Of a stretch of 64,000 bases of DNA, positions 1 through 12,037 are shown piece after piece. How positions within the stretch are numbered: the stretch's first letter is position 1; each line of letters starts with the position of its first letter. The position numbers were made by a program, and so were the translations under genes. This DNA is from Candidatus Marinacidobacterium sp. (GTDB lineage Bacteria > Acidobacteriota > Vicinamibacteria > Marinacidobacterales > Marinacidobacteraceae): the NCBI GenBank assembly GCA_965220965.1, contig OZ244852.1, positions 704,001-768,000 on the forward strand, given 5' to 3'. The notes beneath the pieces are model-generated. The model had not been told where the DNA came from. It saw nothing but the letters and a program-made list of their open reading frames with translations, and did not search any database.

Positions 1-2
1 CG

Positions 3-638
3 CTGGGGCGGCTCTTTCCGGACGTGCCGATTCTGGCCGAGGAGCGGGGGCTGGTCGGAGGCTCCCGCACCGATTGCCGGTTCGTGGTGGACCCGCTCGA
101 CGGCACCACCAACTTCACCCACGGGTTCCCGGTGTTCTGCGTCTCGATCGCGTACGAGTTCGAAGGCGAGATCGTCGCCGGCGCGGTCCTGGATCCGAAC
201 CGGGACGAACTGTTCACCGCGGAGGCCGGTGCGGGGGCCGCGCGAAACGGCGCTCCGATCCGGGTCTCGGAGGTGTCCCGCCTCGACGAGGCGCTCCTCG
301 GAACCGGGTTTCCCTACGACCGGGAGTCCATGGACCGGGCGCTTGCGCTGTTCACCCGGATCATGCGGCGGGTTCGCGCGGTAAGGCGCGCCGGCTCCGC
401 CGCGCTCGACCTCTGCTCGGTCGCCAGCGGGCGGCTCGACGCGTTCTGGGAGGAGACGCTGCGCGCCTGGGACACCGCCGCCGGCGAGCTCATCGTGCGG
501 GAGGCCGGAGGCCGGGTGACGGACTTCGAGGGGGGACCGTTCACGAACGGCGGGCCGAACATCGCCGCCACGAACGCCGCCCTCCACGGAGCCCTGCTCG
601 ACCTGCTCGCCGCCGCGAAAGAGGCGCCGGAAGACTGA
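3..638 (+). CDS. suhB: Inositol monophosphatase family protein (5' end outside window)
   Basis: Motifs AEE, DPLDGTTNF, GSAALDLC, WDTAAG; frame is open to the window edge. Confidence 0.9.
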   Translation: MGRLFPDVPILAEERGLVGGSRTDCRFVVDPLDGTTNFTHGFPVFCVSIAYEFEGEIVAGAVLDPNRDELFTAEAGAGAARNGAPIRVSEVSRLDEALLGTGFPYDRESMDRALALFTRIMRRVRAVRRAGSAALDLCSVASGRLDAFWEETLRAWDTAAGELIVREAGGRVTDFEGGPFTNGGPNIAATNAALHGALLDLLAAAKEAPED

Positions 639-681
639 TCGCCCTCCGGCGCCCGGCGTCAGCGGACCGGGGCCGGGACCC

Positions 682-1551
682 TCAGAACCAGAAGCGGATT
701 CCCACCAGCGCGCCGGTGCGGGTGACCGAGAGGTCGCCGAACCCGTCGAACGCCTCGCGGTGCTCGAGGGTGGAGCGGGCGGCGCGGAACTCGCCGAAGA
801 TCGCGCTGTGGCCGCGCCGCATCCGGAACACCGGGACCTCGAACCCGGCGCCGAAGAACATGCCCACCTGGAACGAGGTCTCCTCGTAGCGGTCGTAGAA
901 GATGTCGTAGGTGTCGAAGTCCACGAACTCGCCGTCTTCCCAGTAGTCATAGACCATCCCGCTGGCGCCGATCACCAGGTAGGGGCGAATGCGGGCGGCG
1001 GCGTCAGCCAGCGGCAGGCGCACGCCGAGGGTGAGCTCGGTGGTGGAGAGCCGGGTTTCGTGCTCGATCTCCGAGCCGTCGTCCCAGACGAAGTCCGCGT
1101 AGGAGGACGACTGGCGGGCGCTGCTGCTGTCGAGGCCGAGGGTGAGCAGGAGGCGCGGGTAGACCGCGAAGTCGATTTCCCCCCCGACACGGGCGGCGAG
1201 GAAGTCTCCGGGGTCGAGCCCGAAGTCCAGTTCGTTGGCGTCGAACAGTTCGCTCTCCACCGCGAGGGCGCGGTAGCCGCTGTGGAACGAGATCCCGAAG
1301 CGGGGATCCGTCTGCCGCGGGCGCCGGGTGTTGGCCGGAGGTCCACCGAAGGGTGGGCGTCGGCGGGGCTGCGCCTCCGTCCCCGCCGCGCGAGCGCGTT
1401 CGACCAGAAGCGCTTCGGGCGCCTCGACTGCGGTGGCCCCGTTCTTCTCCTCCTCCGGCGGCGCGGGCCGCTCGTCGGCCCGGGCGCCCGGGACGACGGC
1501 GAGCGTCATGAGTAGGGAGAGCGGGAGCAGGACGTGAAGAAGACGGGGCAT
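682..1551 (-). CDS. Putative outer-membrane beta-barrel protein
   Basis: Signal peptide MPRLLHVLLPLSLLMTLAVVPGARA from ATG 1551; alternating aromatic/hydrophobic strands; C-terminal GIRFWF ending in Phe. Confidence 0.65.
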   Translation of the reverse strand: MPRLLHVLLPLSLLMTLAVVPGARADERPAPPEEEKNGATAVEAPEALLVERARAAGTEAQPRRRPPFGGPPANTRRPRQTDPRFGISFHSGYRALAVESELFDANELDFGLDPGDFLAARVGGEIDFAVYPRLLLTLGLDSSSARQSSSYADFVWDDGSEIEHETRLSTTELTLGVRLPLADAAARIRPYLVIGASGMVYDYWEDGEFVDFDTYDIFYDRYEETSFQVGMFFGAGFEVPVFRMRRGHSAIFGEFRAARSTLEHREAFDGFGDLSVTRTGALVGIRFWF

Positions 1552-1862
1552 CGGGTTCCTTTCGGGAGATCGGGTTCTGGTCGCCGCCGGATCGTCCCCC
1601 GCGGACCGGACCCTCGAGGCGGGTGACCGTGTCCAGCGGCGCCGGGCGCCGCTTTGTGAGCGGTGACCGGGAGGACGGCTCGGCGTCGGGAGCGGTTTGA
1701 GCAATGTATGTGCCAGCGACTGCCGGGAGGCCGAAGGTTCGCATGCCCGACCGGGCGCCGGATGGTCGCGGCCCGCGTTATATTCGGGAAAGTGTTCCGG
1801 AGCGCCCGGCGGGACCGGCCCGCCAGGGTGCTCTGGCGTTCCCCTCACCCGGGAGTCTGTTC

Positions 1863-3416
1863 ATGGTTCGGTACCTTCCTGTCATCCCCATCGGGGTGTT
1901 GATCGCCGCCTCCGCCTGTCTCGGACAGGACGCGCGGGAACGGCTTGGCGTCACCTCCTTCGCGGAGGCGCTTGTCGGCCAGGAGCAGGCCGAATCGGGT
2001 TCAAGGGCCCGGTTCGCCTCGCTGGACGAGGTCCCGGAACCCCAGGAGACGCCCCGGCGGGAGCGGACCGCGCCAGCGCTCAGTCTCTCGGACGCCTTCG
2101 CCGAAGTGGCCCGGGTGGCGACGCCGGCGGTGGTGACGCTCCAGGTGGAGCAGGAGATCCCGGCGGAGGACGTGCCGTTCCCGCTGCGCGAGCTGGCGCC
2201 TCCCGGGCCGCGCATGGGCGCCGGGTCCGGCGCCATCGTGGATCCGGCCGGTCTGGTCGTCACGAACAATCACGTCGTGGAGGGCGCCACCCGGATCGTC
2301 GCGATCTTCGCTGACGGCCGACAGGTCGAAGCGGACATCGTCGGGACCGATCCGCCGACGGACCTCGCGGTGCTTCAGCTCGAGTCGGAGGAGGGGGAGT
2401 CCTTCCCCTACCTGGCGCTCGGCGACTCCGAGGAAGTCCGGGTGGGTGACTGGGTGCTCGCGATCGGCAATCCGCTCGGAAACAGCCACAGCGTGACGGC
2501 GGGCATCGTGAGCGCGAAGGGCCGGGACCAGCGCGGCGATTACCAGGACTTCATCCAGACGGACGCCGCGATCAACCGGGGCAACTCGGGTGGCCCGCTG
2601 GTCAGCCTCGACGGACGGCTCATCGGCGTGAACACCATGATCCAGTCCGTTGTCGAGCGGACCGGAACCCCGGGGAACATCGGTCTCGGCTTCGCGATTC
2701 CCTCGAATCTGGTCCGACGGATCTACGACGACCTCGCGACCGAGGGACAGGTCACCCGGGGCTGGCTGGGGGTCTCGATCCGGCCGCTGACGCCCGATCT
2801 CCGCGAGGGCCTCGATCTGGACGCCGATGTGCGCGGCGCCATCGTGATGGACTTCGCCGGCGCCGATTCGCCGGCCCAGGCGGCCGGGCTGCGTCGCGGC
2901 GACATCATCACCCGCTTCAACGGCCGGACCGTCGAGGACTCCAGCGACCTCCAGTTCGCGGTGGCGGACGCCCGGCCCGAGGAGCCGGCCACGGTGGAAT
3001 TCCTGCGTGACGGGGAACCCGGCTCGATGGAGGTCGTTCTGGGCCAGCGCGCCTTCGAGGAGGCGGCGCCGATGGCCCGCGCTCCCGAACCGGCGGAGCC
3101 CTCCCGCCGCGAGCCCGCCGGACGGCTCGGGATCGTCGGCTCGGCGCTGGACCGGGAGCTTCGGGACCGCCTCGGCGTGGACTTCGACGGCGTGCTGATC
3201 GAGGGGATCGCCCAGGGCGGCGTGGCCGACCGGCTGGGTCTTCGGCCGGGAGCGGTCCTCACCGATGTCGCCGGAACGCCGGTCGCTTCGGTCGCCGACC
3301 TGGATGCGGCGCTCGCTCCGATCGCGCCCGGCGATCCGTTCGTGATCTGGATCGCGTTCGACGCCGGGTCCGGGGAGTGGCAGCGGACCGTGCTGGTGGC
3401 GGAGTTCGACGAGTAG
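1863..3416 (+). CDS. degP: Do/DegP-family (HtrA) serine endopeptidase with two PDZ domains
   Basis: TNNHVV (His), TDLAVL (Asp), GNSGGPL (Ser), IQTDAAIN; signal-like N-terminus from ATG 1863. Confidence 0.9.
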   Translation: MVRYLPVIPIGVLIAASACLGQDARERLGVTSFAEALVGQEQAESGSRARFASLDEVPEPQETPRRERTAPALSLSDAFAEVARVATPAVVTLQVEQEIPAEDVPFPLRELAPPGPRMGAGSGAIVDPAGLVVTNNHVVEGATRIVAIFADGRQVEADIVGTDPPTDLAVLQLESEEGESFPYLALGDSEEVRVGDWVLAIGNPLGNSHSVTAGIVSAKGRDQRGDYQDFIQTDAAINRGNSGGPLVSLDGRLIGVNTMIQSVVERTGTPGNIGLGFAIPSNLVRRIYDDLATEGQVTRGWLGVSIRPLTPDLREGLDLDADVRGAIVMDFAGADSPAQAAGLRRGDIITRFNGRTVEDSSDLQFAVADARPEEPATVEFLRDGEPGSMEVVLGQRAFEEAAPMARAPEPAEPSRREPAGRLGIVGSALDRELRDRLGVDFDGVLIEGIAQGGVADRLGLRPGAVLTDVAGTPVASVADLDAALAPIAPGDPFVIWIAFDAGSGEWQRTVLVAEFDE

Positions 3417-3609
3417 CCTCGTCGTCGTCGGACGTCTGAAGGCTCGCCAGACAGGTCGCTGATCCAACAGCCGTAGCCTCAGCGAACGCGGCCGCATTCC
3501 GGACTTCGACCAACGGGCGCGGGGCGCCTGCGGGAGCCGAGGTTCGGGTACGCTCTTCGCCGATCGTCGCTGTCCTCTGGCGTGACGCCGCCACCCTCCG
3601 GGATCCGAT

Positions 3610-6687
<3,078 letters not shown>

Positions 6688-6842
6688 GGGCGCCTTCCGT
6701 GTTCGGGAGACGCGATTCGGGCCTCCGGGCGGTCACCCGACCGCCCGGGAGCGGGTTCTTGTGCAGAACCCGGGTCGTCACCCGTGAGACCGCCGCCCCG
6801 GTACAAGATGACCGAGAGCCGCTAGAATTCGGGTTCCGACGG

Positions 6843-6917
6843 AGGCGCGTAGCTCAGGGGGAGAGCGCTACCTTGACGCGGTAGAAGTCGGCGGTTCAAA
6901 TCCGCCCGCGCCTACCA
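6843..6917 (+). tRNA. tRNA-Val (anticodon GAC)
   Basis: Acceptor stem AGGCGCG/CGCGCCT, D arm GCTC/GAGC, anticodon arm CTACC-TTGACGC-GGTAG, T arm GGCGG-TTCAAAT-CCGCC, encoded CCA end. Confidence 0.96.
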
Positions 6918-6987
6918 TCCGGTCGCCGAACCGCAGTCCCCGGGGAGTTCGCGACCCGCTTCGGCGACTGATCAGGAGAACCGCTTC

Positions 6988-8904
6988 GTGAATTCCGCCT
7001 CGATCCGCCTGTCCGTAGCCGGCGCCGGAGACGTCGAGCTGGAGGCCGGGTCACCGCTGGCCGCCGCCGCGCCCCGTGGCGCGGTGGCCGCCGTCCTCAT
7101 GTCGTCCGACGGCGAGCGCGAGGTCGACCTGACCTTCCGTCCGTCGTCCGACGTGGCCGTCCGGTTTCTCACGCCGGCGGACGCGGACGGGCTTCACGTC
7201 TTCCGGCACAGCTCGGCGCACCTGCTGGCGGCGGCGGTCAAGGAGCTCTTCCCGAACGCCCGCTACGGAATCGGGCCGCCGATCGACGGGGGCTTTTACT
7301 ACGACTTCGGCGGAACGGAGCCCTTTTCCCCGGAGGACCTCCAGCGCATCGAGAAGCGGATGAAGGAGATCGTCCGCCGGAAGGCCCCGTTCCAGCGGGA
7401 AGTCCTCTCGAAGGAAGACGCGATCCGGGTGTTCGAGGAGCTCGGCGAGTCGTTCAAGGTGGAGCTCATCCGGGAGAAGGGCGGCAACGAGGTCTCCTGC
7501 TACCGGGTGGGGGACTTCTTCGACTTCTGCGAAGGGCCCCACGTGCCCCACACCGGCGTTCTCCGCGCGGTCAAGGTGCTCTCCAGCTCGAACGCCTACT
7601 GGAAGGGCGACGCCGCCGGCGAGCCCATGCAGCGGATCTACGCCACCAGCTTTCCCGACCGGAAGGAGCTCGCGGAGCACCTCCACCGGATCGAGGAGGC
7701 CAAGCGGCGGGATCACCGCCGGATCGGGAAGGATCAGCGGCTCTTCCTGATCCTCGAGGAAGCCCCCGGGCAGGTGTTCTGGCTCCCGGCGGGGATGGGG
7801 GTCGTGAACCGGCTGGTGGACTCGGTGCGCGCCAAGCTGGACCGTCGCGGCTACCAGGAGATCCGGACCCCGCTCATCCTGAACGAGTCGGTGTGGGCGC
7901 GAAGCGGGCACCTCGACCACTACCGGGACAACATGTTCTTCATCGAGTCGGACGAGACCCGGTTCGGCGTCAAGCCGATGAACTGTCCGGGGGCGGCGCT
8001 GGTCTACCGCTCCGAGATCCGCTCCTGGCGCGACCTGCCGCTGCGGCTCGCCGAGTTCGGTCACTGCCACCGCTTCGAGCCTTCCGGCGTGCTCTCCGGG
8101 CTGACCCGGGTCCGCGCCTTCACCCAGGACGACGCCCACATCTACTGCCGGCTGGACCAGCTCCGCGCCGAGGTCATCGACCTCATGGACCTGGTGCGGG
8201 AGGTCTACGGCGAGTTCGGTTTCGAGGACATCCAGATCGAGCTCTCGACCCGCCCGGAGAAGTCCACCGGGACCGACGAGACGTGGGAGCGGGCCGAGGC
8301 GGCGCTTCGCGAGGCTCTCGAGGAGTCCGGCGATTCCTGGGTGCTGAACGCCGGGGACGGAGCCTTCTACGGCCCCAAGATCGACTTCCATGTGCGCGAC
8401 GCGCTGGGGCGCACCCATCAGTGCGCGACCATCCAGCTCGACTTCTCGCAGGCCCCGGCGTTCGATCTCTACTACGCCGCGGAGGACGGGACGCGCCAGC
8501 AGCCGGTCGTGATCCATCGGGCGATCCTGGGCTCGGTCGAGCGCTTCTTCGCCCTCCTGATCGAGCACACCGGCGGCGCCCTTCCCGTCTGGATCGCGCC
8601 GACCCAGGCTGTCGTGCTCCCGATCGCCGACCGCCATACCGAGGCGGCCGCCGCCGCGGCCTCCAGCCTGCGGGCCCGGGGTTTCCGGGTGGAGCTCGAC
8701 GATCGCCGCGAGAAACTGGGACTCAAGGTCCGCCAGGCCGAACTGCGCCGTGTTCCCTTCATGGCGGTGGTCGGGGACCGGGAGATGGAGACCGGCGCGG
8801 TCGCCCTGCGAACGCGCGGCGAGCCCGGACAGCGCATCCTCGATGTGGAGGCCCTCGGCGACGAGATCGAGCGTCTGGTCGACGACCGGTCGCTCACCCC
8901 GTGA
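6988..8904 (+). CDS. thrS: Threonine--tRNA ligase
   Basis: RHSSAHLL, DFCEGPH, KPMNCPG, RVRAFTQDDAH, GAFYGPKID, TIQLDF, IHRAILGS; SD AGGAG upstream of GTG. Confidence 0.97.
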   Translation: MNSASIRLSVAGAGDVELEAGSPLAAAAPRGAVAAVLMSSDGEREVDLTFRPSSDVAVRFLTPADADGLHVFRHSSAHLLAAAVKELFPNARYGIGPPIDGGFYYDFGGTEPFSPEDLQRIEKRMKEIVRRKAPFQREVLSKEDAIRVFEELGESFKVELIREKGGNEVSCYRVGDFFDFCEGPHVPHTGVLRAVKVLSSSNAYWKGDAAGEPMQRIYATSFPDRKELAEHLHRIEEAKRRDHRRIGKDQRLFLILEEAPGQVFWLPAGMGVVNRLVDSVRAKLDRRGYQEIRTPLILNESVWARSGHLDHYRDNMFFIESDETRFGVKPMNCPGAALVYRSEIRSWRDLPLRLAEFGHCHRFEPSGVLSGLTRVRAFTQDDAHIYCRLDQLRAEVIDLMDLVREVYGEFGFEDIQIELSTRPEKSTGTDETWERAEAALREALEESGDSWVLNAGDGAFYGPKIDFHVRDALGRTHQCATIQLDFSQAPAFDLYYAAEDGTRQQPVVIHRAILGSVERFFALLIEHTGGALPVWIAPTQAVVLPIADRHTEAAAAAASSLRARGFRVELDDRREKLGLKVRQAELRRVPFMAVVGDREMETGAVALRTRGEPGQRILDVEALGDEIERLVDDRSLTP

Positions 8905-9008
8905 CGTGCGGCGGCCCCGATGGGCCGCGGGAACGGCGCTCGATTGGCGTACCGCGCCGGATGCGGCGATAATCCGCCGTCCCGCACCAACGCGGAGGTG
9001 AACCTCCT

Positions 9009-9665
9009 ATAGACAGTCTCAGGGTCAACGACCGAATCCGGGCGCCCGTCGTCCTCGTCATTGATGAAGCGGGCGCAAAACTCGGCGACTTCGCCCTTCC
9101 GGATGCCCGGCGGCTCGCGGCGGACCGCGGCCTCGATCTCGTCGAGATCGTGGCGAAGAGCCGTCCGCCCGTCTGCAAGATCATGGACTATGGGCGGTTC
9201 GTCTACCAGCAAAGCAAGAAATCCCAGGAAAGCCGCAGGCACCAGAAACAGAACCAGGTCAAGGAGGTCAAGTTCCGCATCATCATCGGTGGCCACGACC
9301 GCGCGACGAAGATGAAGCAGATTGATCGTTTCCTCCATGAAGGACACAAGGTCAAGGCCACGATCTGGTTCAAGCGGGCCCGCGAACGGAGCCGCCGGGA
9401 CATGGGCGACCGCATCCTCGATGAGGTGGCGGAGCACTTCCGGCCGGTGGCTGCCGTCGAGTCGCGTTCCAGCATCGTCGGCAACCAGATGAGCATGATC
9501 CTTGCGCCCACCCGCCGCCTGCTCGAGGAGCTGCGGATGGAACGGGCCCAGAAGGCCAGCCGGAAGGGCGGAGCGACCGAGGCTCCGGCGCCTCGCGTGC
9601 GCCGCGAGCAGCGCGAGCGCCCCACCCCGGATGACGCCGGAGACCAGGAGGAGCTGTCCTCATGA
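9009..9665 (+). CDS. infC: Translation initiation factor IF-3 with non-canonical ATA start
   Basis: IF3 N-domain ([18 protein letters not shown]...LDLVEIV...[10 protein letters not shown]) lies upstream of the called GTG 9150; in-frame TAA at 8970-8972; ATA 9009 is 8 nt after SD GGAGGTG. Confidence 0.92.
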   Translation: MDSLRVNDRIRAPVVLVIDEAGAKLGDFALPDARRLAADRGLDLVEIVAKSRPPVCKIMDYGRFVYQQSKKSQESRRHQKQNQVKEVKFRIIIGGHDRATKMKQIDRFLHEGHKVKATIWFKRARERSRRDMGDRILDEVAEHFRPVAAVESRSSIVGNQMSMILAPTRRLLEELRMERAQKASRKGGATEAPAPRVRREQRERPTPDDAGDQEELSS

Positions 9666-9856
9666 AGTTCAAGCTGAAGACCCATCGCGGCGCGGCCAAG
9701 CGGTTCCGCCGGAGCGCCTCCGGACGGATCCGGCGGCGGCGCGCCTACCACAACCACATCCTCACCAAGAAGTCCCCGAAGCGTCGCCGCCGGCTGCGCG
9801 CCGGCGCGTGGGTGTTCGAGGGCGAAGCGAAGAACATCGCCCGCTTCATCCCGTGA
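9662..9856 (+). CDS. rpmI: 50S ribosomal protein L35
   Basis: [12 protein letters not shown]...[15 protein letters not shown]; thrS-infC-rpmI-rplT synteny. Confidence 0.96.
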   Translation: MKFKLKTHRGAAKRFRRSASGRIRRRRAYHNHILTKKSPKRRRRLRAGAWVFEGEAKNIARFIP

Positions 9857-9894
9857 CCCCGCATCGGGCCGGGTAGGATCAGGGAGAAAGTCTC

Positions 9895-10281
9895 ATGTCC
9901 CGAGTCAAGCGGGGAACCCATCGACGGGACCGTCGCCGGCGGGTGCTGAAGCTGACCCGCGGCTACCGCGGGATGCGCGGCAAGCTGTACCGGCACGCGA
10001 AGCAGGCGGTGGATCGCGCCCTGTCCCACGCCTACCGGGACCGCAGGAACCGCAAGCGCGACTTCCGGCGGCTCTGGATCACCCGGATCGGCGCCGCCTC
10101 CCGCGAGCGCGGCCTGGCGTACGCCCGGTTCTCGCACGGACTCAGCCTGGCGGGCGTCGGTGTGAACCGGAAGCAGCTCGCCGAGCTCGCGATCCACGAT
10201 CCGGACGCCTTCGATCAGCTCGTGCGCCAGGCCCGCGAGGCGCTGGACGGGGCCGCGGCGGAAGGAGCCGCCACCGCCTGA
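9895..10281 (+). CDS. rplT: 50S ribosomal protein L20
   Basis: MSRVKRG...AYRDRRNRKRDFRRLWITRI...NRKQLAELA. Confidence 0.97.
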   Translation: MSRVKRGTHRRDRRRRVLKLTRGYRGMRGKLYRHAKQAVDRALSHAYRDRRNRKRDFRRLWITRIGAASRERGLAYARFSHGLSLAGVGVNRKQLAELAIHDPDAFDQLVRQAREALDGAAAEGAATA

Positions 10282-10309
10282 AGCGCGCCGCCGGAGCGGC
10301 GTGGCCTCC

Positions 10310-10630
10310 ATGAAGCGAACCGGTTCCGGGTCGGATTCCGAGGCGGCCGGCGCGTCGCCGGCCGAGATGGTTCTCGGACTCCTGACCGATCTGGAGCGCG
10401 CGGCGGCGGCGCTCGAGCGGCGGCGAGCCGCCGGGGCCGACCTGCGCAGCGAACTGACCCGGGCGCGGAGCGAGCTCGCCAGGACCCGAAAGTCGCTCAA
10501 GGCGGCCCGCGCCCGCGGGAAACAGGTGGAAGAGGCGCTGGAGTTGCTGCGGGCGGAACGCGCGTCCGTCCGGGATACGCTGCGCCAGGTCGCGGGCGCC
10601 ACCGGCGCCGACCCGGCGAACGGAGCGTGA
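10310..10630 (+). CDS. Coiled-coil protein, ZapB-like
   Basis: Heptad-rich, ERASVRDTL near C-terminus; directly upstream of zapA. Alternative start GTG 10301. Confidence 0.5.
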   Translation: MKRTGSGSDSEAAGASPAEMVLGLLTDLERAAAALERRRAAGADLRSELTRARSELARTRKSLKAARARGKQVEEALELLRAERASVRDTLRQVAGATGADPANGA

Positions 10631-10664
10631 GCGCCCGGAGAGGGGCCGGCCGGCCGATGTCGCG

Positions 10665-11024
10665 ATGAGCGGAAAAGACGCCGAGAATCCCTCCGGCGGC
10701 GCGGATGTCATCGAGGTGCGGATCGCCGGTGAGACCCACCGGCTGGTGGCCGACGCCGCGCCGGGCGCGACCGTGCGTGAGGCCGCCGGTCTGGTGGACC
10801 ACCGGATGCGCGCTGTCCTCGAGGCCGCGCCCGGGCTCTCGCGGGAGCGCGCCGCGATCCTCGCCGCCCTGAACCTCGGGCGCGAAGTCCTCGTCGCCCA
10901 GCGCGGTCAGAAGACCGTCGCCGCCGATGTCGGAGCCGCGGTGGCCCGGGTCCGCGAACGGCTCGGCGAGCTGGAAGCGGGGGCGGAAACCCCGTCGGAC
11001 GGGAGGGCTCCGGACACCGGTTGA
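10665..11024 (+). CDS. zapA: Cell division protein ZapA
   Basis: IEVRIAGETHRL...AAGLVDHRM...RAAILAALNL pattern. Confidence 0.82.
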   Translation: MSGKDAENPSGGADVIEVRIAGETHRLVADAAPGATVREAAGLVDHRMRAVLEAAPGLSRERAAILAALNLGREVLVAQRGQKTVAADVGAAVARVRERLGELEAGAETPSDGRAPDTG

Positions 11025-12034
11025 CCGCCGAGGATCGGCTCCTCCGGGAGATCCTGGAGCGTCTGCCGGCGACGCCGCCCGGAGCGGAGGATGCGCCGCG
11101 CATCGTGGTCGGCCCCGGGGACGACGCGGCTGTCGTCCGCGCCGGAGGCGACGCCCGGGCGCCGTTGCTGCTGACCGTCGACGCCGCCGAGGAAGGCGTC
11201 CACTTCGACCGGAAGCTCCATCCCCCCGCCGCGATCGGCCGCCGGACGGTGGCGGCCGCCGTCAGCGACATCGCGGCCATGGGAGGGGCGCCGGTGGCGG
11301 CGCTCGCCTCGCTGGTGGTTCCCCGGGACGCGCGCCAGACCGCCCGGGAGGTCATGCGGGCGGCCGGGGAGCGCGCGGCGGAACTGGGAGCGCCGGTCGT
11401 GGGAGGAAACCTGAGTTCGGGGGCGCGGCTGGCGCTTCACGTGACGGTCGTGGGGACGGCGCCGGCGGGAGCGCCTCCGGTGCGTCGCCGCGGCGCCCGC
11501 CCGGGCGATGCGCTCTTCGTCAGCGGGCCCCTTGGGGGGGCTGCGCTTGGCCTCGAGGCGCTTCGTCGCCGGGCGGCCGGCGAGGCCCCGGGACGGCGAC
11601 TCAGCGGCCGGGAGGCCGCCTGGGTGGACGCCCATCTGGATCCTCAGCCGCGGCTCGCGCTCGGGGCCGAACTGGCCGGCCTCGCGACCGCCGGCATGGA
11701 CCTGTCCGACGGGCTGGCCCTCGATCTCCACCGTCTCCTCGAGGCCGCTTCGTGCGGGGGTGTCGTGGAGGCGGCGCGGATCCCCGCCGCCGGTCCGGGG
11801 CCGGACGGTCTGGAGGCGGCCCTGTTCGGCGGCGAGGACTACGAGCTGCTGTTCGCCGGCCCCGCCGGGGCGGTGGAGGCCCGGGCGGTCTCCGGCGGTC
11901 GGCCGTGGGCGGGAGTCACCCGGATCGGCGAGGTGACGTCCGGGTCCGGCGTGCGCCTCCGGTCGCCCGACGGCGGTCTGGCGCCGCTCGCCCGCCGGGG
12001 GTGGGACGCTCTGGAGGCCGGCGGCGACGCCTGA
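11021..12034 (+). CDS. thiL: Thiamine-monophosphate kinase
   Basis: GPGDDAA, EGVHF, SDIAAMGG, VVGGN, MDLSDGL, GGEDYELLF; TTG start overlaps the zapA stop. Confidence 0.92.
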   Translation: MTAEDRLLREILERLPATPPGAEDAPRIVVGPGDDAAVVRAGGDARAPLLLTVDAAEEGVHFDRKLHPPAAIGRRTVAAAVSDIAAMGGAPVAALASLVVPRDARQTAREVMRAAGERAAELGAPVVGGNLSSGARLALHVTVVGTAPAGAPPVRRRGARPGDALFVSGPLGGAALGLEALRRRAAGEAPGRRLSGREAAWVDAHLDPQPRLALGAELAGLATAGMDLSDGLALDLHRLLEAASCGGVVEAARIPAAGPGPDGLEAALFGGEDYELLFAGPAGAVEARAVSGGRPWAGVTRIGEVTSGSGVRLRSPDGGLAPLARRGWDALEAGGDA

Positions 12035-12037
12035 GAC

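Noticed and set aside
6918-6987. Hairpin GTCGCCGAA...TTCGGCGAC in the thrS leader as a tRNA-mimic operator or T-box
   Set aside because: Too short for a T-box and no Thr-anticodon-like loop is evident; it may just be a processing or stability stem.
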